Assembly (NCBI GenBank): GCA_041480425.1
Contig: JBGOZX010000002.1
Span: 10,694 to 74,693 of the forward strand
Source: Bacteroidia bacterium
GTDB taxonomy: Bacteria > Bacteroidota > Bacteroidia > Bacteroidales > VadinHA17
DNA length: 64,000 bases
Reading direction: 5' to 3'
Part shown: positions 55,809 to 64,000 of the stretch, in pieces
Numbering within the stretch: the first letter of the stretch is position 1
How the letters are laid out: the number at the start of each line of letters is the position of its first letter
Translations under genes and position numbers: made by a program
Notes under the pieces: generated by a model
Databases searched by the model: none
The model's input: only the letters and a program-made list of their open reading frames with translations
Told to the model about the DNA's origin: nothing

Positions 55809-57332
55809 ATGAGCGACAAAAGAATTCAAAGTGCGTTAATATCAGTTTTTTACAAAGATGGATTGGACGAAATAGTCAGAACTCTTCATGAATTAAAGGT
55901 AAAGATTTACTCTACAGGAGGCACCTTCAATTTTATTAAAGAGATGGGTATACCTGCTGAAACAGTAGAAAGTCTGACAGCCTACCCTTCAATTCTTGGC
56001 GGAAGGGTTAAAACTCTTCATCCTTCTGTTTTCGGAGGAATACTGGCACGCAGGAATAATCCTGAAGATATTGAACAGATTGCAAAATACAAAATACCGG
56101 AAATAGACCTTGTCATCGTTGACCTTTACCCTTTTGAGAAAACAGTCCAATCTGTTAATAATGAGGAAGAGATAATTGAAAAAATAGATATTGGCGGGAT
56201 CTCCCTGATAAGAGCTGCAGCCAAAAACTATAATGATGTTCTGATAGTGTCCGGGAGAGATCAGTATCCTGGTCTGCTGAACCTTCTTCATGAAAAGGAA
56301 GGAAAAACATCTCTTGCAGACAGAAGGATTTATGCCGCAGAAGCTTTTAAGACATCATCACACTATGATACTGCGATATTCAGATATTTCAACAGGGATG
56401 CAGGAATTGAGGCTTTCAGGGAAAGCATAAACTCATCATATCACCTGCGTTATGGAGAAAATCCTCATCAGAAAGGTATTTATTACGGAGATCCGGAACA
56501 GCTTTTCGATAAGCTTCACGGGAAGGAGATCTCATATAATAATCTGCTCGATCTTGATGCAGCACTGTCTCTTATCGATGAGTTTACCGGGATAACCTAT
56601 GTGATTATTAAACACAACAATGCCTGTGGTGTTGCTTCCCGGGAAAATCCGGCTGATGCATGGAAAGATGCCCTTGCCTGCGATCCGGTATCAGCTTTTG
56701 GAGGAGTCATAGTTACTAATGCTGCTGTCGATGAGTTTTCAGCAACAGAGATTGATAAGATCTTTTTTGAAATAATTATTGCTCCGGCTTTTACAGATAA
56801 TGCTCTGGAAATTCTGAAGCAGAAGAAAAACAGGATAATCCTGCGCAGAAAAGAGAAGATAACAAATCAATATTATTTCAGGTCGTTACTTAATGGTGTG
56901 CTTTGGCAGGAGAGAGACAACAGTACAGAATCAGCCCTCGATATGAGACCTGTTACAATAAGGATCCCTGGGCCTGAAGAGGCTGAAGACCTGGTGTTTG
57001 CAAACAAAATTGTGAAACACAGCAAATCAAATGCTATAGTTCTTGCAAAAAATAGGCAACTTTGTGCCAGTGGTATTGGCCAGACTTCGAGGGTGGATGC
57101 CTTGAAACAGGCAATTGAAAAAGCCCGATCTTTTGGATTTGACCTGGAAGGAGCTGTTCTGGCCTCTGATGCTTTTTTCCCGTTTGCAGACAGTGTTGAG
57201 ATAGCTCATAAAGCAGGTATTACTGCCATTGTGCAACCGGGAGGATCGGTTCGTGATCAGGATTCGATTGACTATTGTACCTCACATGGATTGGCTATGG
57301 TATTTACAGGAGTAAGACATTTCAGACATTAA
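55809..57332 (+). CDS. purH: Bifunctional AICAR transformylase / IMP cyclohydrolase
   Basis: ALISVFYKDGL...STGGT...GRVKTLHP...GGISLIRAAAKN and the C-terminal IVQPGGSVRD. The start is placed at MSDKRIQSALISV. Confidence 0.9.
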   Translation: MSDKRIQSALISVFYKDGLDEIVRTLHELKVKIYSTGGTFNFIKEMGIPAETVESLTAYPSILGGRVKTLHPSVFGGILARRNNPEDIEQIAKYKIPEIDLVIVDLYPFEKTVQSVNNEEEIIEKIDIGGISLIRAAAKNYNDVLIVSGRDQYPGLLNLLHEKEGKTSLADRRIYAAEAFKTSSHYDTAIFRYFNRDAGIEAFRESINSSYHLRYGENPHQKGIYYGDPEQLFDKLHGKEISYNNLLDLDAALSLIDEFTGITYVIIKHNNACGVASRENPADAWKDALACDPVSAFGGVIVTNAAVDEFSATEIDKIFFEIIIAPAFTDNALEILKQKKNRIILRRKEKITNQYYFRSLLNGVLWQERDNSTESALDMRPVTIRIPGPEEAEDLVFANKIVKHSKSNAIVLAKNRQLCASGIGQTSRVDALKQAIEKARSFGFDLEGAVLASDAFFPFADSVEIAHKAGITAIVQPGGSVRDQDSIDYCTSHGLAMVFTGVRHFRH

Positions 57333-57359
57333 CATAAAATATATTAACTATCTCATTCA

Positions 57360-58382
57360 ATGGGACTATTTTCATTCTTAACACAGGAGATTGCTATTGA
57401 TCTAGGAACAGCAAACACCATCATTATTCATAACGACAAAATTGTTGTTGATGAACCATCTATAGTTGCAATTGACAAAAACACCGGAAAGCTGATCGCA
57501 ATAGGTGAAACTGCACGGCAGATGCATGGTAAGACACATGAAAATATTAAGACTATCAGGCCTTTACGCGACGGGGTGATAGCTGATTTTAATGCTGCAG
57601 AATTAATGATAAGGGGAATGATCAAGCTGATCAACAAGGGGCCCCGCTTTTTTTCACCCTCTCTTAAAATGGTTGTCTGTATCCCTTCCGGAAGCACTGA
57701 AGTGGAAATCCGTGCAGTACGCGACTCCTCAGAACATGCCGGAGGACGTGATGTATATATGATTTATGAACCAATGGCTGCGGCAATAGGTATTGGTCTT
57801 GATGTGGAAGCTCCCGAAGGATGTATGGTTGTGGATATCGGAGGAGGTACGACAGAAATAGCAGTTATTGCACTTAGCGGTATAGTCTGCAATAAATCAA
57901 TAAGGATCGCCGGGGATGGTTTTACAGCAGATATTCAATCGTATATGAGGCATCAGCATAATATTAAAATTGGTGAAAGAACTGCCGAAGATATTAAGAT
58001 CGGAGTCGGTGCCGCATTACCCGATATTGATGATCCCCCTGCAGATTTTGTTGTGAGAGGACCAAATATTATGACATCTCTTCCGATTGAAATACCAATT
58101 TCTTACCAGGAGATAGCCTATTGTCTTGATAAATCCCTGACAAAAGTTGAAGCAGCCCTTCTTAATGTTCTTGAGCAAACCCCTCCTGAACTATATGCTG
58201 ATATTGTGAACAAAGGTATTTATCTTGTTGGAGGAGGAGCACTCCTCAGAGGTCTCGATAAAAGATTATCCGATAAGATCAATATTAATTTCAATGTGGT
58301 AGAAGATCCGTTACATGCCGTCGCCAGAGGTACGGGCGTTGCATTGAAAAATGTGGATAAATTTCCTTTCCTGATGAGATAA
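57360..58382 (+). CDS. mreB: Rod shape-determining protein MreB
   Basis: IAIDLGTANT, the actin-fold phosphate loops, and DIGGGTTEIAV. Confidence 0.95.
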   Translation: MGLFSFLTQEIAIDLGTANTIIIHNDKIVVDEPSIVAIDKNTGKLIAIGETARQMHGKTHENIKTIRPLRDGVIADFNAAELMIRGMIKLINKGPRFFSPSLKMVVCIPSGSTEVEIRAVRDSSEHAGGRDVYMIYEPMAAAIGIGLDVEAPEGCMVVDIGGGTTEIAVIALSGIVCNKSIRIAGDGFTADIQSYMRHQHNIKIGERTAEDIKIGVGAALPDIDDPPADFVVRGPNIMTSLPIEIPISYQEIAYCLDKSLTKVEAALLNVLEQTPPELYADIVNKGIYLVGGGALLRGLDKRLSDKININFNVVEDPLHAVARGTGVALKNVDKFPFLMR

Positions 58383-58395
58383 TCTCCCAATTTGA

Positions 58396-59217
58396 ATGAG
58401 AAATCTGCTGAACTTTCTAGTGAAATACAATAACCTGATTGTCTTTCTTATTCTGGAAGGTGTAGCCTTATCTTTACTCACAACTGGTAATGGTTATCAT
58501 AATGCCCGCATTGTAAAGGGTCTATTGGGATTGACACGGGGTATTGAGGAGAAAATAAACAATAGCAGGAACTATCTTAATCTCCGTGAAATCAACTCAA
58601 ATCTTGCTTCAGAAAATACGTCACTGAAAAACAGCATTGAGCGGTTAGCTAAAAAGGAGAATCTGCATTTTTTTTCAGTCACCGACTCCCTGTTTAACCA
58701 ACAATATCAGTATACAACAGCTGAGGTCATAAATAACTCAGTAAATAAACAGAAGAATTTTTTTACACTGAATAAAGGTAAACTGCAAGGTATTCAGGTT
58801 AATATGGCAGTTACAAACACCAGCGGTGTTGCCGGAGTAGTTGTTGGTTGTTCCGAAAACTTTTCCGTGGCCATATCACTTCTCAACCTTGATTTCAAAT
58901 TAAGTGCAAGAATAAAATCAAACGGATATTTTGGGTCACTTGGTTGGGATGGCAGAGATTACAGGCATGTGATTCTCAATGAAATACCCCAACATGTAAC
59001 TGTAAATAAAGGGGATACCGTTGAAACAACAGGTTATTCAGCTATTTTCCCTGAAGGGATCATGATAGGCACAGTGAGTGATTTTAAAAAAAGCGGTAGT
59101 GATTTTTACAAGATTACAGTGAAACTCCTGAGCGATTTTAAAAAGCTTCATTTTGTCGAGGTTATTGGAAATATGAAAAAAACGGAGCAACACGAACTTG
59201 AAAAACTATTTCAATGA
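58396..59217 (+). CDS. mreC: Rod shape-determining protein MreC
   Basis: N-terminal TM helix, a coiled coil (NSNLASENTSLKNSIERL) and beta-rich C-terminal domains. Its position after mreB supports the call. Confidence 0.85.
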   Translation: MRNLLNFLVKYNNLIVFLILEGVALSLLTTGNGYHNARIVKGLLGLTRGIEEKINNSRNYLNLREINSNLASENTSLKNSIERLAKKENLHFFSVTDSLFNQQYQYTTAEVINNSVNKQKNFFTLNKGKLQGIQVNMAVTNTSGVAGVVVGCSENFSVAISLLNLDFKLSARIKSNGYFGSLGWDGRDYRHVILNEIPQHVTVNKGDTVETTGYSAIFPEGIMIGTVSDFKKSGSDFYKITVKLLSDFKKLHFVEVIGNMKKTEQHELEKLFQ

Positions 59218-59720
59218 TTAACTCGATTTTAAGGTTCGGTTTAATATTCATCTTTTTGATCTTACTACAGGTATTGCTGTTCAACAACATTCAGTTCAGC
59301 GGATATGTAAATCCCTACGTTTATATAATGCTGGTACTTCTTTTACCTGCTGAAATACCGGCATGGCTGTTACTTATTATTTCATTTCTGACAGGACTGA
59401 CCATTGACTTCTTTTCGGGTTCACCTGGCATGCATGCTTCGGCAACGCTTCTTGCAGGGTTTTCACGCCCATATATTCTAAGGTTTATCTCCCCCCGCGA
59501 TGGTTACGAATCGGGCTCGGAATTATCAATGGTAAACTACGGATTCAGATGGTTTTTCATCTATACCTTAATTATAGTTCTAATTCATCATACAACACTT
59601 TTTTACCTTGAAGTATTCAGGTTTGCAGATTTCTTCAGAACCCTGCTGAGAGTATTGTTAAGTTCATTGTTTACTATTGCTTTTATTCTTCTTGCAGAGG
59701 TTTACAGAAAAAAACGGTAA
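59214..59720 (+). CDS. mreD: Rod shape-determining protein MreD
   Basis: Small polytopic membrane protein. It overlaps mreC by 4 bp in the canonical mreBCD order. Confidence 0.75.
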   Translation: MINSILRFGLIFIFLILLQVLLFNNIQFSGYVNPYVYIMLVLLLPAEIPAWLLLIISFLTGLTIDFFSGSPGMHASATLLAGFSRPYILRFISPRDGYESGSELSMVNYGFRWFFIYTLIIVLIHHTTLFYLEVFRFADFFRTLLRVLLSSLFTIAFILLAEVYRKKR

Positions 59721-59730
59721 CAGATCCGGT

Positions 59731-61545
59731 ATGAAAGATGCATTCATTAACAGGAAATACATAATAATGGCGCTTATAGTGCTTGCATCTTTAATACTCC
59801 TGATCAGGTTGTTTATTATCCAGGTAGTTAAGGATACATACAGGTTATCGGCTGATAATAATGTTCTCAGGTATATTACACAATATCCGGCAAGAGGATT
59901 GATCTACGACAGAAACGGCAAGCTTATCGTGTTTAATCAGGCAGCCTATGATCTTATGGTGGTTCCGACACAGACCACCAGAATTGATACTGTTGAATTC
60001 TGTGATCTCCTTGGAATATCCGGAGACTCTTTCCGTGAGAGGATGAAGGTCGCCTTAACCTATTCCCGCCGTGCCCCTTCAGTATTCCTGAAACAGATTT
60101 CAGCAGAAAATTATGCGAGGTTTCAGGAAAAGATGTATTTATATCCTGGATTTTATGTTCAGCCCAGGACATTACGGAAATATTCAAAACCTGTAGCGTC
60201 ACATCTCCTGGGATATGTCAGTGAAGTAGATGAGGCTGTTATCAGAAAAGAACCTTATTACAAACCGGGAGATTATATAGGTAAGCTTGGAATCGAAGAA
60301 GCATATGAAAAAGAGCTTAGAGGTAAACGAGGTGTAAAGATATACCTTGTAGATGTGTACAGCCGTATAAAGGGATCTTATGCTGATGGGCGTTTAGATA
60401 CAATTGCAGTTCAGGGTGAAGACATCATTTCCGGAATTGATATGGATCTTCAGGAGTATGGTGAGCATTTAATGCAGAATAAAACAGGAAGTATTGTTGC
60501 AATTGAACCACAAACAGGTGAAGTACTGGCTCTTGTTTCATCACCGAATTATGACCCGGGTCTGCTGGTAGGTAGAGTACGGTCAGAAAATTTCGCAAAA
60601 CTTAATGCTGATACAATATGGCGGCCTTTGTTTAACAGGGCACTACAGGCCTCATATCCGCCGGGTTCTACTTTTAAACCTATAAACGGACTTATCGGAT
60701 TACAGGAAAAGGTAATTACCCCTTCCACATTGTTTGGATGTAACAATGGATATTTGTTTATAGCCTGCCATTCACATAGTTCTCCTTTGAGTCTTGAAAA
60801 AGCTATTTCAAATTCGTGCAATTCATATTTTTGCCAGACCTACAGAAGAATATTAGAGAATCCTCAATATAGTACAGTTTCCGAGGCATATGAAAGGTGG
60901 AAAGGATACCTGAATGAATTTGGATTTGGGAAAAAATTAGGTATTGAATTTACGAATGAACTTCCAGGGTTCCTTCCTTCTTCAGGTTATTTTGACAGGT
61001 ATTATGGGAAAAACAGGTGGAAAGCACTAACGGTCATTTCGATGGCGATAGGACAGGGAGAGATCGGGACTACTCCTCTGCAGATGGCAAATATGACAGC
61101 AGCTATTGCAAACAGGGGATACTATTATGTTCCACATATTGTCAAATCAATAGGTGTTAATAAGACTATTGATCAGCGTTTTTTGACAAAACATGTAATT
61201 AATATTGATACAACCAATTTTGAGGAAATTGTTCTTGGTATGGAAGATGCAGTAAACGGCGCTGCAGGTGCCACTGCAAGAGTAGCTGCGCTGAAAGATA
61301 TTATCGTTTGCGGAAAAACCGGAACCGCCCAGAATCCACAAGGCAAAGACCATTCTGTGTTTATAGCTTTTGCTCCCAAGGATTATCCGAAAATTGCGAT
61401 TGCTGTTTATGTCGAAAATGCTGGTTTTGGAGCAACCTATGCTGCCCCTGTAGCAAGCCTGATGATTGAGAAATATCTTAAAGGAGAGATTACAAACAAG
61501 TACCAGGAGCAGAGAATGCTTGATCTTAATCTGATGAACAAGTGA
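59731..61545 (+). CDS. mrdA: Penicillin-binding protein 2 (elongasome transpeptidase)
   Basis: N-terminal TM helix and transpeptidase motifs STFKP, SNS-type SCNSYF, and KTGTAQ. Confidence 0.9.
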   Translation: MKDAFINRKYIIMALIVLASLILLIRLFIIQVVKDTYRLSADNNVLRYITQYPARGLIYDRNGKLIVFNQAAYDLMVVPTQTTRIDTVEFCDLLGISGDSFRERMKVALTYSRRAPSVFLKQISAENYARFQEKMYLYPGFYVQPRTLRKYSKPVASHLLGYVSEVDEAVIRKEPYYKPGDYIGKLGIEEAYEKELRGKRGVKIYLVDVYSRIKGSYADGRLDTIAVQGEDIISGIDMDLQEYGEHLMQNKTGSIVAIEPQTGEVLALVSSPNYDPGLLVGRVRSENFAKLNADTIWRPLFNRALQASYPPGSTFKPINGLIGLQEKVITPSTLFGCNNGYLFIACHSHSSPLSLEKAISNSCNSYFCQTYRRILENPQYSTVSEAYERWKGYLNEFGFGKKLGIEFTNELPGFLPSSGYFDRYYGKNRWKALTVISMAIGQGEIGTTPLQMANMTAAIANRGYYYVPHIVKSIGVNKTIDQRFLTKHVINIDTTNFEEIVLGMEDAVNGAAGATARVAALKDIIVCGKTGTAQNPQGKDHSVFIAFAPKDYPKIAIAVYVENAGFGATYAAPVASLMIEKYLKGEITNKYQEQRMLDLNLMNK

Positions 61546-62966
61546 ACCGGAGCATCAACATATGGAACAGACTGGATAAAATCACGATTATGATCTTTTT
61601 GCTGATGGTCATAATCGGTTGGTTCAATATTTATGCGGCCGTTTTTAACGAAGAACACATAGGAATACTTGACCTTTCGCAACGTTACGGGAAGCAATTT
61701 GTCTGGATTCTTGCTACACTTGTTCTTGCTGTATTTATTGTTATTGTCGACAACCGATTTTATTTCTTTTTTGCCTATTTCATTTATGGTGGTATTCTGC
61801 TTCTATTGATAATGGTTTTGATCCTTGGTAAGGAGATTAATGGAGCCAGATCGTGGTTTGAAATCGGAGCACTAACTTTACAGCCCTCCGAATTTGCCAA
61901 GTTTGGAGCAGCTCTGGCCCTTGCTGCATACCTGAGTTCAAGAAAACACGATCTCAAAAAACCTCGCGTGTTTTTTCCTTCGTCTGGTATAATTCTTTTC
62001 CCCGCCCTTCTGATAGCTATGCAGCCAGATTTGGGTTCCGCTGTTGTCTTTTTAGCTTTGTTCATTGTGCTCTTCAGGGAAGGGATGAGTTCATATATTT
62101 TTGTTTCAGGTTCACTTATGGTAATTCTGTTCTTTTTTACCCTTCTTTTCAATAACCTTTATCTCACCATCAGCCTGATCGCTATTGCATTTATCCTGGT
62201 ATGGTTTGCAACAAGAAAGTGGAAATTATCCGTGACAGGACTGGGAATTTTTATATTAATAACTGCTATACTGTATTTACTTGATCAATTTGTGATTAAA
62301 GCCCTTGGTGACGAACTGGTTATTTTTATTTCTGTTATCCTTTCGGGCTTGGCTTATGCATTTTATTTTTATAATAAAAAAGCAATAACGGTACTTATAA
62401 TTTACCTTTTTCTGTTTGGAAGTATTACCTTTATAAATTCTGTTGATTTTGCCTTTAATAATCTACTTAAGCCTCATCAGAAAGAGAGGGTGGAAATTAT
62501 GCTCGGATTTAAATCCGATCCTCACGGAACAGGTTACAATGTTAACCAGTCGATAATTTCAATAGGTTCAGGGGGTTTTACCGGCAAAGGATACCTGCAG
62601 GGTACACAAACCAAATTCAAATTTGTTCCTGCTCAGAGCACCGACTTTATTTTCTGTACAGTCGGGGAAGAATGGGGATTTGCGGGATCATTTTTAGTAA
62701 TAGGGTTGTATGTATTCCTTTTACTTCGGCTCGTGATCCTGGCAGAGCGGCAAAGGTCGATCTTTTCCAGGATTTACGGATATGGGGTTGTTTCGATAAT
62801 TTTTATCCATGTTTTCATTAATATCGGAATGACAATAGGCTTGGTGCCGGTAATAGGGATACCACTACCATTCTTCAGTTATGGGGGTAGCTCATTATGG
62901 GGATTTACGATCCTCTTGTTTGTTTTTCTGAGGCTGGACGCCAGCAGAACAGAATATCTTGTTTGA
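61542..62966 (+). CDS. rodA: Rod shape-determining protein RodA (SEDS family)
   Basis: SEDS motifs (LQPSEFAK, PDLGSA, TDFIF, GLVPVIGIPLPFFSYGGSS). The GTG start overlaps the mrdA stop (GTGA). Confidence 0.9.
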   Translation: MNRSINIWNRLDKITIMIFLLMVIIGWFNIYAAVFNEEHIGILDLSQRYGKQFVWILATLVLAVFIVIVDNRFYFFFAYFIYGGILLLLIMVLILGKEINGARSWFEIGALTLQPSEFAKFGAALALAAYLSSRKHDLKKPRVFFPSSGIILFPALLIAMQPDLGSAVVFLALFIVLFREGMSSYIFVSGSLMVILFFFTLLFNNLYLTISLIAIAFILVWFATRKWKLSVTGLGIFILITAILYLLDQFVIKALGDELVIFISVILSGLAYAFYFYNKKAITVLIIYLFLFGSITFINSVDFAFNNLLKPHQKERVEIMLGFKSDPHGTGYNVNQSIISIGSGGFTGKGYLQGTQTKFKFVPAQSTDFIFCTVGEEWGFAGSFLVIGLYVFLLLRLVILAERQRSIFSRIYGYGVVSIIFIHVFINIGMTIGLVPVIGIPLPFFSYGGSSLWGFTILLFVFLRLDASRTEYLV

Positions 62967-63578
62967 TCAGAATGGGATTGTAATTCCGTGGGAAATTTCT
63001 ATCCCAAAATCCTTTTCAACATAATCAATCAGTTGAGGGAAGAACTCCATAAAATCATCCTGCAATGAATAATAGTTTTTCTTCAGGGCTCTCATTGCAA
63101 ATCTTGTTTCATTTGGAAGAGTAGAGCGCTTGCTTAATGTATTCAATACATGACGGATACCGTTTTTTGTCTGATAGGATTCAATCCAGTTATTGATTAT
63201 AAAGAAAGGCATCATCTCCCTTACAATATCAGGAAGGATTTCATAATTATTTACAAGAGCCCTGTAAAAATTATAGGTTACGCTTTCAAGTGGTCTTCTT
63301 GAAAAGAAATTCCATTCCTTGGTCAGAAAATGATCATAAAGGATATCGGTTATCACCCCGGAATATTTATGATATTTTCTTGTAAAAAATATTTTACTGC
63401 GGTGGACCACAGGATGACGGTCGGTAAATCCATCAATATGACGATGTAGAATTATTCCTTTTCTGATTGGTTCAGGATATTTTAGATAATCACGCCCTTT
63501 TACATAATCTCCTATGTAATTGCCGATGATTATTTTATCTGAATCACCCGAAAGATATATGTGGGCTAAAACATTCAT
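62967..63578 (-). CDS. acpH: Acyl carrier protein phosphodiesterase
   Basis: The N-terminus MNVLAHIYLSGDSDKIIIGNYIGDYVKG and HRHIDGFTDRHP match the AcpH pattern. Confidence 0.7.
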   Translation of the reverse strand: MNVLAHIYLSGDSDKIIIGNYIGDYVKGRDYLKYPEPIRKGIILHRHIDGFTDRHPVVHRSKIFFTRKYHKYSGVITDILYDHFLTKEWNFFSRRPLESVTYNFYRALVNNYEILPDIVREMMPFFIINNWIESYQTKNGIRHVLNTLSKRSTLPNETRFAMRALKKNYYSLQDDFMEFFPQLIDYVEKDFGIEISHGITIPF

Positions 63579-63759
63579 ATTATGGCATAATAGTACAAAG
63601 AATTTGCCATATCCTTAATTATATGGAAAACATTTTCTTTAACATGTTTTCAGGGGCAAATGGAAACCATCTTAATATATTATTATTCAGGAGATTAAAG
63701 CAGAAAAACTACATATTAAAAAATCCCCGGAAATGTTCGGAATTTCAGTATGCAAATTA

Positions 63760-63767
63760 TAAATTTG
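63760..63767 (+). promoter_or_regulatory. Candidate -7 box TAAATTTG
   Basis: Exact TAnnTTTG match, 66 nt upstream of the ATG at 63833. Confidence 0.35.
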
Positions 63768-63832
63768 TTGTTTCATTTTATAAAGAAACGTCTGTAACAT
63801 CAAATAAATTGTAAACAAAACAAAGAGGAATT

Positions 63833-64000
63833 ATGACCAGGAAAAATGTGATTATAATCGGAGCTGCAGGCAGGGATTTTCATAATTTCAATACCTGCTA
63901 CAGGGACAATGAAAATTATAATGTTGTTGCATTTACGGCAGCTCAAATACCCGATATTGACGGAAGAAAATATCCAAAAGAGCTGGCAGGCAAATTGTAC
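63833..64000 (+). CDS. N-terminal fragment of a P-loop-like protein of the cyclic 2,3-diphosphoglycerate synthetase-like / GTPase family; it runs off the right edge
   Basis: My own translation gives MTRKNVIIIGAAGRDFHNFNTCYRDNENYNVVAFTAAQIPDIDGRKYPKELAGKLY. The family assignment is from memory of similar N-termini and is not verified. Confidence 0.45.
   Translation, partial: MTRKNVIIIGAAGRDFHNFNTCYRDNENYNVVAFTAAQIPDIDGRKYPKELAGKLY

Noticed and set aside
63623-63814. 63-aa ORF in the acpH / last-gene spacer.
   Set aside because: It has no motif and contains the candidate promoter box of the downstream gene. It is probably non-coding.
1-64000. Search for CRISPR arrays, transposases or integrases, phage modules, toxin-antitoxin pairs, retron/DGR-type reverse transcriptases and restriction-modification genes.
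   Set aside because: I found no regularly spaced direct repeats and no ORF with the relevant catalytic motifs. The window appears to be conserved core genome, with no tRNA-flanked island boundaries.

Overview
This window reads as an AT-rich, tightly packed, core-genome stretch of a Bacteroidota-type chromosome. Three things support that assignment: lipoprotein signal peptides ending in SSCKKD/SSCKN, recurrent TAnnTTTG -7 promoter boxes with almost no Shine-Dalgarno sequences, and DUF4369-type TlpA lipoproteins alongside a GT3 glycogen synthase. I can support about 55 protein genes and one tRNA-Leu(TAG).

Gene content, left to right:
- Fragment of a glycyl-radical-enzyme activase, a PlsC-like acyltransferase, an orphan tandem SiaB/SpoIIAB-like GHKL protein, lpxH, and two TlpA-like lipoproteins.
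- A five-gene glycogen locus: debranching enzyme, GT4, GH57, a GT3-GT35 fusion, and a GH13 branching enzyme.
- ribF, ahcY, greA, a HIT protein, comF, ruvC, an S41 peptidase, an EamA transporter, serS, and rplU-rpmA.
- A BFN/UVR nuclease, thyA-folA, tRNA-Leu followed by tig-clpP-clpX, tatC-lptB, and recQ.
- carB-GNAT-GT2, divergent from argR-argG-argH, which converge on a PatB-like aminotransferase-carA unit.
- A large multidomain ABC protein, rsmA, a MacB-like permease, purH, mreBCD-mrdA-rodA, and acpH.

I see no CRISPR array, transposase, integrase, phage genes, toxin-antitoxin pair or recognisable defence island, and I could not identify a convincing new multi-gene system. The most unusual items are:
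1. The 1407-aa glycogen synthase-phosphorylase fusion inside a glgC-less glycogen locus.
2. The orphan tandem GHKL (SiaB-like) protein.
3. The ABC half-transporter with a TerB-like N-terminal domain.
4. A TlpA paralog with SxxC in place of CxxC.
5. Several non-coding structures: a hairpin plus U-tract in the greA leader, a perfect 34-bp palindrome, a GC-only hairpin, and tandem terminators abutting the serS start.
6. ARG-box-like operators in the carB/argR divergent region.
7. Eight of nine convergent gene pairs overlapping or nearly abutting at their stop codons.

All functional calls come from reading motifs in the supplied translations by eye. No database search was run.
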